Below, in pieces: positions 51,911-62,045 of a DNA stretch of 64,000 nt (its first letter is position 1; each line of letters begins with the position of its first letter). Position numbers and translations under genes: made by a program. Below the pieces are notes generated by a model, which saw only the letters and a list, made by a program, of their open reading frames with translations, was not told the DNA's origin and did no database searches. The DNA comes from Alphaproteobacteria bacterium (lineage in GTDB: Bacteria > Pseudomonadota > Alphaproteobacteria > UBA828). Location of the stretch: positions 192,001 through 256,000 of the forward strand of contig CAXXMU010000006.1 of NCBI GenBank assembly GCA_963667785.2, in the 5' to 3' direction.

Positions 51911-52231
51911 ATGAACACGTTCGATGACCGCAAGAAGGCCGCCGAGGCGAAGTTCAAGCACGATCAGGAGTTTCAGTTCAAGGTCATCGCCCGGCGCAAC
52001 AAGCTTCTCGGCCTGTGGGCGGCGGAGAAGATGGGAATCGCGGGCGACGATGCCGAGGCCTATGCCAAGCAGGTGGTCATGGCCGATTTCGAGGAGCCGG
52101 GGGACGACGACGTGGTGCGCAAGGTGCGCGGCGACCTGAACCAGAAGGGCATCGAGGCCGACGATCACCTGATCCGCACCCAGATGGAGCGCCTGCTCGA
52201 CGAGGCCAAGGGCCAGGTTTCCGCCGAGTAG
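51911..52231 (+). CDS. DUF1476 / F1Fo-ATPase inhibitor zeta subunit
   Basis: FDDR...EAKF.HD.E..FK..ARRNKLLGLWAA, EEPGDDDV. Confidence 0.92.
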   Translation: MNTFDDRKKAAEAKFKHDQEFQFKVIARRNKLLGLWAAEKMGIAGDDAEAYAKQVVMADFEEPGDDDVVRKVRGDLNQKGIEADDHLIRTQMERLLDEAKGQVSAE

Positions 52232-52274
52232 CGCGCGACGCCCCCTCCTCCATCCACCCGGTTCGAGAAAGTCG

Positions 52275-52799
52275 GTGAGCGGCTCCCCTGCCGGCTGGGG
52301 TGTCCACGCCCACCGCGCCCTGCATGCCGCCGGCGTCCGCCAGATCGGCTACGTGCCGGACGGTGGGCTTTCCGGGCTGCTCGGGCTCTGCGCCGCCGAC
52401 GAGAGCATGCGCACGGTGCTGCTCGCCCATGAGCAGGAGGGCCCGGCGCTGGCCGCCGGCGCCTGGCTCGGCGGCGAGCGGGCGGCGCTGCTGATGCAAT
52501 CGAGCGGGGCCGGAAACTGCGTCGCCGCGCTCTCGCTCATCCGCACCTGCCGCTTCCCCTTCCTCGCCATCGTCACCATGCGGGGCGAGTGGGGCGAGAC
52601 GAACCCGTGGCAGTTGCCCATGGGCCAGGGCACGGCACCCCACCTCGACGAATGCGGCGTGATCGTCTCCCGCGTGGACGATGAGGCGCAGGCGTTCGAG
52701 ACCATCGCCGCCGCCGCCGCGCTCGCCTTCGAGAGCGGAGCCGCGGCGGCGGTCCTGATCGGCCAGCGCGTGATCGGCGCGAAGAGCTTCGACGGATGA
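52275..52799 (+). CDS. Sulfo-/phosphonopyruvate decarboxylase alpha-subunit-like (ComD-like)
   Basis: YVPD, EQEG, AGAWLGG, LMQSSG.GN, RG..GE.NPWQ.PMG. Confidence 0.82.
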   Translation: MSGSPAGWGVHAHRALHAAGVRQIGYVPDGGLSGLLGLCAADESMRTVLLAHEQEGPALAAGAWLGGERAALLMQSSGAGNCVAALSLIRTCRFPFLAIVTMRGEWGETNPWQLPMGQGTAPHLDECGVIVSRVDDEAQAFETIAAAAALAFESGAAAAVLIGQRVIGAKSFDG

Positions 52800-53401
52800 G
52801 CGCGCGGGAACGGCCTGAGACGAGCCTCGACCGCCGCGCCGCGACCGCGCTGCTGCTCGAGGGCCGCGACGACCTGCTGGTGGTCCCCGGCCTCGGCTCG
52901 GCCACCTGGGACTGCGCCGCCCTCGGCGACAACCCGCTCCATTTCTCGCTCTGGGGCGCGATGGGCAACGCCGCCATGATCGGCCTCGGGCTCGCGCTGG
53001 CGCAGCCCGCGCGCCGCGTGCTGGTGCTGACCGGCGACGGCGACATGCTGATGGGACTCGCCAGCCTCGCCACCATCGCGACCCAGGCACCGGCCAACCT
53101 GGCGCTGGTGGTGCTCGACAACGAGCGCCACGGCGAGACCGGCATGCAGCTCACGCATACCGCATACCGCACCGATCTCGCCGCCGCGGCCCGGGCCTGC
53201 GGCTTCGCGGACGCGCGTCAGGTGGCGGACGAGGCGGGCCTGCGCGCCTCTCTGACGCTGGTGCACGAGGCGCCGGGCCCGGTGTTCCTGACGGTCAAGG
53301 TGAAGGCGGAACCGCTCCCCCGCGTGCTGCCGCCCCGCGACGGCGCCTTCCTCAAGGATCGATTCCGCACCGCGCTCCTGGGCGAGAACGCGGCCCGCTG
53401 A
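52796..53401 (+). CDS. TPP-binding decarboxylase beta-subunit-like (ComE-like)
   Basis: GAMG, GLGLALAQP, TGDGDMLM...LDNE ThDP motif; ATGA overlap with alpha subunit. Confidence 0.85.
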   Translation: MSARERPETSLDRRAATALLLEGRDDLLVVPGLGSATWDCAALGDNPLHFSLWGAMGNAAMIGLGLALAQPARRVLVLTGDGDMLMGLASLATIATQAPANLALVVLDNERHGETGMQLTHTAYRTDLAAAARACGFADARQVADEAGLRASLTLVHEAPGPVFLTVKVKAEPLPRVLPPRDGAFLKDRFRTALLGENAAR

Positions 53402-53702
53402 TCTCTCCGGCCTGCCGGCCGATGCGGCGGATATCCGCCGTCGCCTGCGTCCTCTCCCGCGCCCGCCCGATCTATTGACTCGCTTTTCCGTCCCGCCCAT
53501 CGTTTTTGTTATGCCTCTCCCGAGTCGCGACGACGTCGGGACGCTTGAGGAGGTCTGGCCCCACAGCGGCATGGGGTAGCGGGATGATCGTCGAGCACCC
53601 GGCGCCGAGCGCCTCCCCCCGCTTCGCCCGAACCGCCCGCGACCGCCTCCCGGCGGCGCTCCCGATCGGGTGCCGCCCCGCTCTGCCAAGGAACGCAATG
53701 CC

Positions 53703-55211
53703 ATGAGACACCCAATCGGTTACCTCCGCACATTCGCAGCGCTGGCGCTGGCCGGCGGCCTGGCGGGCGGACTTTCCGCCTGCGGCGGCTCCGGCGGCGG
53801 AGTGGCGATCACGACCGTGAGCCTGTCCGCGCTTACGTCCGGCTACGCGGTCGCGAGCGGCACCGTTGAAGTCCCCGCCGGAGAGACGCGCGTTCACGGC
53901 GATATCGCCTTCACCTGCCCGTCGGGCGGCGGCGCCTGCACGGTCGAGATCACCGTAGGTACCGACGGGACGGCGACTGCCACGTCGCGAGGCGGCATGG
54001 CGACCGCGATGGACTCCGCCGACTACACGGCGCGCATCCAGTTGCGCGCCGAGAAGCTCGATGACGCGATCATCGCGGATCCCGCGACGGCGTTTCCGGC
54101 CCTGCTCGAGACGGACGGCTCCGGGGCGCCGACCGACGACTCCATGCTCGTGTCGGTGGCCAACGCGGCCAGGGCCGCGATCGCCGGCTGGGACGACGCC
54201 GTCTACCAGCGGTTGAACGAGGAGAGCCTGATCGCAGGCACGCCGGAATCGATCGACAGCGTCGTCCTCTACAGCAATAAGGAGGAGCCGACCCCGACGC
54301 CGTTCGCCGCCGTCCATCCGCTCGACAACGACGCGGACGGCGATTCCACGAACGATTCCGTGGCGCTCGTGACGACCAACGTGGGACTGGTGGGCAACGT
54401 GCCGGGGTTCCCGTCGGCGGTCAATCAGACGGCGGTGCCGTTCGCCGACGATTCGACGCACGCGGGCACGTTCGCCGGGGCGCCGGGCACCTACACCTGT
54501 GTGATGAACTGCACCCTCTCGACCGATGAGAACGGCGACCTGGATGCGGTGGCCGGCACCTGGTACTTCACACCCACCGACGAGGAATACCTGATCCCCG
54601 TGCCGGATGCCGACTACATCCACTTCGGCTACTGGATGAACGAGGCCGATGTCAGCGGCCAGCCCGCCTTCATGGTGGCCCCCGTCGCCGGCGGCACGGA
54701 GGCATCCGCGATCGCCACCGTTCGGAGCCTCGAGGGCAGCGCGACCTACGACGGGGCGGCGACGGGTCTCTTCGTGAGGCGGGTGCTCACGCCGGAGGGT
54801 GACGTCGGGAGCCGGTCCACCGGCCAGTTCAGCGCCGACGCGACGCTCACCGCCTCCTTCGGCGGCGGCGCCGTGCCCGCCAACGACCACTACTCGATCC
54901 AGGGCACGATCGGGCGTTTCGTGGATGGCGGCGGCGCTACGATCGATGCGAGCTGGAGCGTCGAGCTGCAAAGGTCGGCGTTCGGCACGGCGGGGGACGT
55001 CGACGGCAACGTCTTCAGCGGCAGGACCGAGGGCGACGCCGGCCTGATGGGCGACTGGAACGGGCGATTCTTCGGGCCAGTCATGCTCGACGCCGACACC
55101 GTGACGCAGGGCAACCAGTCCACGCTGCCCTCCGCCGTGGCGGGAACCTTCGACGCCCACTTCACGAACGGCGCCGTCATCGGCGCCTTCGGCGCGGAGA
55201 ACGCCGACTGA
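53703..55211 (+). CDS. Surface lipoprotein with TbpB-like C-terminal beta-barrel
   Basis: Lipobox LSA-C then GGSGGG linker; DYIHFGYW, GSATYDGAATG, F.ADATLTASF, G.WNGRFFGP, AVAGTF, GAFGA. Confidence 0.72.
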   Translation: MRHPIGYLRTFAALALAGGLAGGLSACGGSGGGVAITTVSLSALTSGYAVASGTVEVPAGETRVHGDIAFTCPSGGGACTVEITVGTDGTATATSRGGMATAMDSADYTARIQLRAEKLDDAIIADPATAFPALLETDGSGAPTDDSMLVSVANAARAAIAGWDDAVYQRLNEESLIAGTPESIDSVVLYSNKEEPTPTPFAAVHPLDNDADGDSTNDSVALVTTNVGLVGNVPGFPSAVNQTAVPFADDSTHAGTFAGAPGTYTCVMNCTLSTDENGDLDAVAGTWYFTPTDEEYLIPVPDADYIHFGYWMNEADVSGQPAFMVAPVAGGTEASAIATVRSLEGSATYDGAATGLFVRRVLTPEGDVGSRSTGQFSADATLTASFGGGAVPANDHYSIQGTIGRFVDGGGATIDASWSVELQRSAFGTAGDVDGNVFSGRTEGDAGLMGDWNGRFFGPVMLDADTVTQGNQSTLPSAVAGTFDAHFTNGAVIGAFGAENAD

Positions 55212-55242
55212 CGCAGGCCTCCCGCGCCGGCGGGCGTTCCCC

Positions 55243-56001
55243 TCAGTAGCGGCCGACGGTGACGCCGCCGTCGACGATGATGGTCTGGCCGCTCACGTAG
55301 CGCGCGCCGTCGGAGCAGAGGAACAGGATCACGTCGGCGATCTCGTCCGCCTCGCCGTAGCGGCCGAGGGGGACGTACTCGGCGGCGGCCTCCAGCCCGG
55401 CGAGGCCGAGCGAGTGCACGGTGCTGAGTGCCTGCGCGGTCTTGATGAAGCCGGGTGCGATGCCGTTGACGCGGATGCCGTCGCCGCCGAGGTCGCAGGC
55501 GAGCCCCCGCACCAGCCCCACCACGCCGGCCTTGGCCGCGTTGTACTGCACGTGGTCGTGCCAGCCCCAGGTCGTGCCCATGACCGAGGAGACCGCGACC
55601 ATGGCGCCGCGCTTCGCCTCGCGCATGGCCGGCGCGGCGGCGCGCAGCAGGCGGAACACGCCCGAGAGGTCCACGTCCAGCGTGTGGTCCCACTTCTCGT
55701 CGCTCATCTCCGAGAGCGGTACCTTGTGGGCGATGCCGGCGTTGGCGATCACGGCGTCGAGCGCCCCGGTGGCGGACTCGGCGTCCGCGACCGCGGCATC
55801 GACATTGGCGCTGTCGGTCACGTCGACGTGGCTGAACGCGGCGCTGCCGCCGGCCGCCTCGATCGCGGCGACGGTCTCCCTGCCCTCGTCGTCGAGCACG
55901 TCGGTGACGTAGACGTGGTAGCCGGCCCGGCCGAAGGCCAGTGCGGTGGCCTCGCCGATACCGATTCCGGCGCCGGTGATCATGACGGTGGGCTTGCTCA
56001 T
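55243..56001 (-). CDS. Short-chain dehydrogenase/reductase
   Basis: TGAGIGIG, NAG, YNAAK, VNGIAPG, VDGG. Confidence 0.95.
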   Translation of the reverse strand: MSKPTVMITGAGIGIGEATALAFGRAGYHVYVTDVLDDEGRETVAAIEAAGGSAAFSHVDVTDSANVDAAVADAESATGALDAVIANAGIAHKVPLSEMSDEKWDHTLDVDLSGVFRLLRAAAPAMREAKRGAMVAVSSVMGTTWGWHDHVQYNAAKAGVVGLVRGLACDLGGDGIRVNGIAPGFIKTAQALSTVHSLGLAGLEAAAEYVPLGRYGEADEIADVILFLCSDGARYVSGQTIIVDGGVTVGRY

Positions 56002-56052
56002 GAATGACTCCTCTTGCCGGCGGGCCGACAGCCGGCTCCGCCTGTTGATTCC

Positions 56053-58422
56053 CTATGCGCCGCCTTCGGCCGCGGCGCGGATCGCGCGCCAGACCCGCTC
56101 GGCCGTGAACGGCATCTCCACGTGGCGGACGCCGAGATGCCAGAGCGCGTCGAGAACGGCGTTGCCGATCGCGGCCGGCGGCCCGGAGGTGCCGGTCTCG
56201 CCCACGCCCTTGACGCCGAGCGGGTTGGTCTGCGTGAGCGTCACATGCTCGTCGAGGGAGAAGGCGGGCAGGTCGTCAGCGCGCGGTATCGCGTAATCCA
56301 TGAAGGAGCCGGTCAGAAGCTGGCCCGAGCCCGGGTCGTAGCGGATGTCCTCGAGCAGGGCCTGGCCGATGCCCTGGGCGGCGGCCCCATGGCGCTGGCC
56401 GTCGACCACCAGCGGATTGATGACGAGCCCCGGATCCTCCACCGAGTAGTAGCCGGTGAGCCGCACGGCGCCGGTCTCGGGGTCCACGATGACGGTGGCG
56501 ACATGGGTGCCGTAGGGATAGTTGAAGTCGTCCGGGTCGAAGAACGCCGCCTCCTCCAGCCCGAGCTCGAAGCCTTCGGGATAGCTCGCGCCGCGATAGG
56601 CCATGTCGGCGATCTCGGTGAACGTCATCCGCCGGTCGGTACCGCGTACCGCATAGGCACCGGTGCGGAAGTCGATGTCCTCCTCGGCGCATTCCATGAG
56701 GTGGGCGGCAAGGCGGCGGCCCTTCTCGACGATGCGGTCGGACGCCACGGAAAGGGCGCTGCCCACCACGGTGATCGAGCGCGAGGCCCAGGTGCCGAGG
56801 CCGTGCGGGATTCGGTCGGTATCACCTTCGACGACGTCGATGTCGGCAAGCGCGCAGCCGAAGCGGTCGGCGACGATCTGCGCGTAGGTGGTGGCGTGCG
56901 ACTGGCCGTGGCTGTGGCTGCCGCAGAGCACGGTGATCTTGCCGCTGGGGTGGACGCGCACGGTGGCGACGTCCCAGAGCCCCATGCGCGACCCCATGGC
57001 GGCGGCGAGCCGGCTCGGGCCGGCACCGCCCGAGCGGATGAAGGCGGCCATCCCGATCCCCATCAGCGCGCCCGCCTCCCTGAGCCGCGCCTGCTCCGCC
57101 CTGAGAGCGTCGAGATCGGCGAGCGCGCGCGCCTTCTCGAAGACCGCCGGAAAGTCGCCGACGTCGTAGGTGACGCCGGTGGCGCTGGCGTAGGGCATGC
57201 GGTCCGCGGGCACGAGGTTGCGCGCCCGCGCGGCGACCGAATCGCCCGCCCGCTCGCGCGCGCCGTTCTCGATCAGGCGCTCGATGACGTAGGTGATCTC
57301 GGGATTGCCGGCGCCGCGGTAGGCGTCGATCGGCGTGGTGTTGGTGTAGACCCCGAGCACCCGGCAGTGCAGCGCCGGAATCGCGTACTGGCCGGAGAAC
57401 ATGCTGGCGCAGAAGAGCGTCGGGATGCAGGCGCCGAACTGGCTCTGGTAGGCGCCGAGGTTGGCGACGATCTCGGCCTCGATGGCGGTGATGCGGCCCT
57501 CCCCGTCGAACGCCATGCGCGCTTCGGTCACGTGGTCGCGGGCGTGGATGTCCACCGTCAGGGTCTCGGCGCGGGTCGCGGTCCAGCGCACCGGCCGGCC
57601 CACCAGCCGCGCGGCCCAGGGGAGGCTCGCGTCCTCCGGATAGTGGTAGGTCTTCTGGCCGAAGCCGCCGCCGACATCGGGCGCCACCACCCGGATCGCC
57701 TGCTCGGGCGCGCGCAGCGTGTCGCGCGAGAGCCACTGGCGGACGAGGTGCGGGTTCTGGGTGGTGGACCAGAGCGTGTAGCGCTCGCTGCCCGGGTCGT
57801 AGGCCCCGATGGCCGCGCGCGGCTCGATGGCGCTCGGCGCGAGGCGGTTGTTCGTGAGCGTGAGCGCCGTGACATGGGCGGCGGATACGAAGGCCGCCGC
57901 CGTCGCCTCGGCATCGCCGAGCCGCCAGTCGTAGGAGACGTTGCTCCCGAATTCCCCGTGTACCAGCGGCGCGCCCGGCTCGATCGCGGCCGCGAGGTCG
58001 GTCACCGCATCGAGCGGCTCCCACGCGACATCGACCGCGGCCGCGGCGTCGGCCGCCGCATGCGCATCCTCGGCGACGACGAGAGCCACCGTGTCCCCCA
58101 CGTGGCGCGCCTCGTCGGTGGCGAAGACCGGCCTGGGTGCGCACGCCATCGGCGTGCCGTCGTGGGAGGCGATGTCCCACAGCACGTCGGTATCGCCGCC
58201 GCCGTCGCGCCGCCAGTCCTCGCCGGTCAGCACCGCCAGCACGCCCGGCAGGGCGCGCGCCCGGTCGGTGGCGATGGAGGCGATGCGGGCATGCGCGTGG
58301 GGGCTGCGGACGAAGGCCGCAAAGGCCTCGCCCGGCAGGCGGATGTCATCCACGAACCGGCCCCGGCCGGTCAGGAAGCGGTCGTCTTCGCGGCGCGTGT
58401 GCGCCGTGCCGACATGCCCCAT
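56053..58422 (-). CDS. Xanthine dehydrogenase family molybdopterin-binding large subunit (CoxL form II-like)
   Basis: [44 protein letters not shown]; ATG 58422. Confidence 0.92.
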   Translation of the reverse strand: MGHVGTAHTRREDDRFLTGRGRFVDDIRLPGEAFAAFVRSPHAHARIASIATDRARALPGVLAVLTGEDWRRDGGGDTDVLWDIASHDGTPMACAPRPVFATDEARHVGDTVALVVAEDAHAAADAAAAVDVAWEPLDAVTDLAAAIEPGAPLVHGEFGSNVSYDWRLGDAEATAAAFVSAAHVTALTLTNNRLAPSAIEPRAAIGAYDPGSERYTLWSTTQNPHLVRQWLSRDTLRAPEQAIRVVAPDVGGGFGQKTYHYPEDASLPWAARLVGRPVRWTATRAETLTVDIHARDHVTEARMAFDGEGRITAIEAEIVANLGAYQSQFGACIPTLFCASMFSGQYAIPALHCRVLGVYTNTTPIDAYRGAGNPEITYVIERLIENGARERAGDSVAARARNLVPADRMPYASATGVTYDVGDFPAVFEKARALADLDALRAEQARLREAGALMGIGMAAFIRSGGAGPSRLAAAMGSRMGLWDVATVRVHPSGKITVLCGSHSHGQSHATTYAQIVADRFGCALADIDVVEGDTDRIPHGLGTWASRSITVVGSALSVASDRIVEKGRRLAAHLMECAEEDIDFRTGAYAVRGTDRRMTFTEIADMAYRGASYPEGFELGLEEAAFFDPDDFNYPYGTHVATVIVDPETGAVRLTGYYSVEDPGLVINPLVVDGQRHGAAAQGIGQALLEDIRYDPGSGQLLTGSFMDYAIPRADDLPAFSLDEHVTLTQTNPLGVKGVGETGTSGPPAAIGNAVLDALWHLGVRHVEMPFTAERVWRAIRAAAEGGA

Positions 58423-58535
58423 GCGCGCCTCTCCCCGCGTTGCCGCCGCGCGCAGGCTAGTGGCCGGGCGCGCAGGCGTCCACCCTCGCCGCCAGTCGCG
58501 TGGTAAGCTGGCGTGGCGGACAGTGGAGAGGGACC

Positions 58536-59594
58536 ATGCTGAAGCCCGAGACGGACGTTCTCGCCTCACAGCTCGACCGTGTGCTGCAGGAGCACGTGGC
58601 GAGCGGCGTGGTCGGCGCCTCGCTCGCCCTCATCCGCCCCGGCGAGCAGCCGCTCACGCTCACCGCCGGCACCGCCGATCGCGCGAGCGCCGCGCCGCTC
58701 GCGCCCGATCACCTGTTCCGCACCGCCAGCACCAAGAAGACCTGGACCGCGGTCGCCGTGCTGGCGCTGGTGCGCGAAGGCCGGATCGACCTCGACGGGA
58801 CCATCGAGGGGTGGTTCCCGGCGCTCCCGCGCGCGGGCGAGATCCGCATCCGCCACCTGCTCAGCCACCGGAGCGGCCTGCCCGAATACGAGGCGCACAT
58901 GCCCAGGGGCTCGGCCGACGACTGGTCGCCCGCACGGATCGTCGAGTTCGCGCTCGCCACCGGCGCACAGAACGCGCCTGGCGGGAACTTCCTCTATTCC
59001 AACACCGGCTACGTGCTGGCCGGCGAGATCGTCGCCGCCGAGCGGGGCGAGCCGCTCTCCCGCTGGCTCAGGCGGGAGGTCTTCGGGCCGGCCGGGATGG
59101 CCGATACCTGGAGCGGGGGCGACGAGGACTTTCCGCGCGCCCGCCTCGCCCGCGCCTACATCTTCGATGCGGAGGAGCCCGGCTCAGCCCCGGCGGAATC
59201 GAGCGGCTGGTTCCCGCTTTCGGGAATCGGCGCCGCCGGCGACCTGGTCACGACCCCGCGCGATCTCGCGCAGGGCTTCCACGCCCTCTTCTCGGGCCAA
59301 ATGCTGGATCGCGCGGGCCTCGACATGCTGCGGACGCCGCGTCTCCCTGCCTGGTTCCCGGGCACCGAGATCACCCATTGTGGCCACGGCGTCCTGGTCT
59401 CCCGCTTCGGCGACCTCGTGATCGAGGGTCATCTCGGCCAGCTACGCGGGCACTTCACCATGGCCGGCCATCACGAGGCGAGCGGGATTACAGCCGTGCT
59501 CTGCCAGAACTCGGCCTCGAGCGATCTGGAGGCGCCCGGCTCGGCCGGCATCCACGGGGCCTTCGCCGAGGTTTTTCGGCTGGCGGGCGCCTGA
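58536..59594 (+). CDS. Serine hydrolase, beta-lactamase/D-peptidase family
   Basis: FRTASTKK (SxxK), LLSHRSG, YSNTGY, GHLG. Confidence 0.9.
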   Translation: MLKPETDVLASQLDRVLQEHVASGVVGASLALIRPGEQPLTLTAGTADRASAAPLAPDHLFRTASTKKTWTAVAVLALVREGRIDLDGTIEGWFPALPRAGEIRIRHLLSHRSGLPEYEAHMPRGSADDWSPARIVEFALATGAQNAPGGNFLYSNTGYVLAGEIVAAERGEPLSRWLRREVFGPAGMADTWSGGDEDFPRARLARAYIFDAEEPGSAPAESSGWFPLSGIGAAGDLVTTPRDLAQGFHALFSGQMLDRAGLDMLRTPRLPAWFPGTEITHCGHGVLVSRFGDLVIEGHLGQLRGHFTMAGHHEASGITAVLCQNSASSDLEAPGSAGIHGAFAEVFRLAGA

Positions 59595-59612
59595 CTTCCG
59601 CGTCTAACGAGA

Positions 59613-59642
59613 ACCGGCGCCCCCTGCAGAGGGAGCGCCGGT
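59613..59642. terminator. Hairpin between convergent genes
   Basis: ACCGGCGC.CCC...GGG.GCGCCGGT. Confidence 0.45.
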
Positions 59643-59661
59643 GGTCTGTCGGGACGAACGC

Positions 59662-60081
59662 TCAGTCGAGGCCGTCGAGCGCCCTCTGGAAGCGTCCGGC
59701 GTGGGACTTCTCGGCCTTCGCCAGAGTCTCGAACCAGTCGGCGATCTCGTCGAAGCCCTCGTCGCGCGCGGTGCGCGCCATGCCGGGATACATGTCGGTG
59801 TACTCGTGGGTCTCGCCGGCCACCGCCGCCGCCAGATTATCGCTGGTCTGCCCGATCGGCTTGCCGGTGGCGGGGTCGCCCGTCTCCGCCAGGAAGTCGA
59901 GATGGCCGTGGGCATGGCCGGTCTCGCCCTCGGCGGTCGAGCGGAAGAGCGCGGAGACGTCGTTGTAGCCCTCCACGTCGGCCTTGCGCGCGAAGTAGAG
60001 ATAGCGGCGGTTGGCCTGTGACTCGCCGGCGAAGGCGTCCTTGAGGTTCTGCTCGGTCTTGCTGCCACCCAATGCAGGCAT
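59662..60081 (-). CDS. rbr: Short-chain rubrerythrin (no rubredoxin domain)
   Basis: [36 protein letters not shown] diiron motifs. Confidence 0.93.
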   Translation of the reverse strand: MPALGGSKTEQNLKDAFAGESQANRRYLYFARKADVEGYNDVSALFRSTAEGETGHAHGHLDFLAETGDPATGKPIGQTSDNLAAAVAGETHEYTDMYPGMARTARDEGFDEIADWFETLAKAEKSHAGRFQRALDGLD

Positions 60082-60165
60082 GGTGTCGGTCCCCCTTGAC
60101 TGTCGGTCGGATACTGCGTGCCGCTCCGGCTCGGCTCACCGGCGCGGCCTGTGCGTTCGCCGCCC

Positions 60166-60214
60166 TATATGACGCAGCCCGAAGCCGCCGTCAACGGATT
60201 GGAATCATTCCAGG
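60166..60214 (-). promoter_or_regulatory. rbr promoter with adjacent Irr box (ICE)
   Basis: TTGACG-N17-CATATA (60194-60166); ATTGGAATCATTCCAGG at 60198-60214 matches 14/17 of TTTRGAAYNRTTCYAAA. Confidence 0.7.
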
Positions 60215-60675
60215 GTGCGCGGCCGGCGTGACGGCGATGCCGTGCCCTCTTCGGCCTCCTTGCCGGTCACGCGGACGACGATGTCGATGCGCGAGACCGT
60301 GGTTCCCGGCGGCGCCGGCGGCAGTCCGCTGACGGAGACGCGATCGCCCGGCACGTCGACCAGGCGTCCGCTCTCCTCCAGGAAGAAGTGCTGGTGATGG
60401 CTGGTGTTGGTGTCGAAGAAGGAGGGACCCGAATCCACCACAAGCTCACGCAGCAGGCCCGCCTTCGTGAACTGGTGCAGCGTGTTGTAGACGGTGGCGA
60501 GCGAGACGCCCGCCTCCTCCCCCAGCACCTCCGCGTGAAGCCCGGCGGCGGTGACGTGCCGGTGCGGGCCGTCGAAGAGCCGGCGGGCGAGAACGATGCG
60601 CTGGCGCGTGGGCCGCAAACCCGCCTGGCGCAGGCGCTCCCTGGCGGCAGCGTCGCTTTCGGGCGATGTCGTCAT
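60205..60675 (-). CDS. irr: Iron response regulator Irr (Fur family)
   Basis: GLRPTRQR, RHVTA, SLATVYNTLHQF, FDTN..HHQHF, IDIVVR. Confidence 0.92.
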   Translation of the reverse strand: MTTSPESDAAARERLRQAGLRPTRQRIVLARRLFDGPHRHVTAAGLHAEVLGEEAGVSLATVYNTLHQFTKAGLLRELVVDSGPSFFDTNTSHHQHFFLEESGRLVDVPGDRVSVSGLPPAPPGTTVSRIDIVVRVTGKEAEEGTASPSRRPRTLE

Positions 60676-60801
60676 CTGGAGCCCCAGCCTCCGAGATCGC
60701 GTCTCAATACCACACATTCGCGCGGATTACCCTGTCGACTGCGACGATGTGCGCGCACCCCACCCGCGAGTCTTCCGGGATGGCTGTCGCGAAGACCCGC
60801 C

Positions 60802-61770
60802 TCAGGGCTGCTCATCGGGCAGCAGAGACGGGTGGACCGCGATGAAGATCGAGTCGAACGTGCCCTGGCTGCCATCGGCCTCCGTGAACCCGGCGCTGGC
60901 GATGCCGCCAACGAAGCGCGGGTTTCCGTCGGGCGCCAGCCGGTTGGAGAAGCTTCCGCCCCACTCCCCGCCCGACTCCGTGACCGTCCGCGTCGGGTGG
61001 GTGACCGTCACGTCCTGGTCCTCGAAGGTGCCCTTGGGCCCGAGCGCCGTCGGGGCGAAATGAATGTCGTAGTCGGTGGGCATGGCGAGCGGCTCTCTGG
61101 CTCTCCACCCGAGGACCGTGTAGAGGTGCATGCGCTCGATCCAGAGGTCGCCATCGCACCCAAGGCAGCCGGCGACGGTCATGTCGTCGAAGTTCGCCTG
61201 GACCGTCATCGGGCCGTAGAACTCCTCTCCTGCCTCCGGCTGGCCGTTCCCGTCCCAGTCGCTGCCGTAGCGATAGGTGTAGATCCCGCCTACCTGGCCG
61301 ACATAGCTCGCCGTCCCGAGGGTGGGGAGTACAGGCGGGTAGGCGGGGTCGATCTCCGTTCCGTCGATGAAGAGCTCGATATCGCCCGCCGCGAGGGGAA
61401 TGCCGTTGCGGAGACGATAACCGTCGAAGTGCAGCCAGTAGCCGGCGGCCAGGTAGTCCGTGGGGTCGTCATTGTCCCAGCTCACCAGCGCATAGGCGAC
61501 CGAGGTGCCCTCCAGGCCCGTCTTCGCCAGCGCCCAGCGCCGCCCCGAATGATTGGGCAGGAAGGGAACCCAGGTCCGTCCGTACCAGTGGTCCCTCTGC
61601 GTGCTGAACCGTTCCGTGCCGCCGTCCTCTCGCACGAATTCGAGGCGCAGCACCTCGCCGTCGAAGCTGGTGCTGTATCGGGAGTCGCTCTCTCCGTCCC
61701 TGTCCGCGCTGGAGCAGGCGGCCAGCGCGACGGCAGGCGCTATGCAGAGAAGCCTGGCGACGACGTTCAT
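60802..61770 (-). CDS. Lipoprotein with TbpB-like barrel features
   Basis: Lipobox LAA-C; DYLAAGYW, GTASYVG..GG.Y, ANF, G.WGG.FS. Confidence 0.62.
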   Translation of the reverse strand: MNVVARLLCIAPAVALAACSSADRDGESDSRYSTSFDGEVLRLEFVREDGGTERFSTQRDHWYGRTWVPFLPNHSGRRWALAKTGLEGTSVAYALVSWDNDDPTDYLAAGYWLHFDGYRLRNGIPLAAGDIELFIDGTEIDPAYPPVLPTLGTASYVGQVGGIYTYRYGSDWDGNGQPEAGEEFYGPMTVQANFDDMTVAGCLGCDGDLWIERMHLYTVLGWRAREPLAMPTDYDIHFAPTALGPKGTFEDQDVTVTHPTRTVTESGGEWGGSFSNRLAPDGNPRFVGGIASAGFTEADGSQGTFDSIFIAVHPSLLPDEQP

Positions 61771-62045
61771 CGATTACGGTCTCCGCCTCCATCGCCAGTC
61801 GCCGACGATCGCCGGCGTGCGTGCGGGCATGTGCCGGGACTTCCCACGAGCGGATGTCCCGGCCGGGAGAGTATGGGTCGAACCGGCGCCGCCGACAATC
61901 AGCCCACGAGTCGAGAGGATCGGCCGGGCAGACCATGACCGCGCCGACGATTCCGGTCTAAGATGCGGACTCGGATCGGGAGAACTGCCGAGCCGCCGGC
62001 AAGGGACCGGCGAACGAGGTGGCCTCGACCCGAGGAGAACGCGCC

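Noticed and set aside
56053-58422. True aerobic CO dehydrogenase (form I)
   Set aside because: Lacks the AYxCSFR copper-binding motif and the coxMS/accessory genes
58536-59594. Antibiotic-resistance beta-lactamase
   Set aside because: No signal peptide and HLG rather than KTG; fits cytoplasmic esterase/amidase members of the family
61771-62045. Cobalamin or Moco riboswitch in the divergent intergenic region
   Set aside because: Only a GCCGGGAC/GTCCCGGC hairpin and a GGGAA; the conserved B12-box and Moco motif elements were not found
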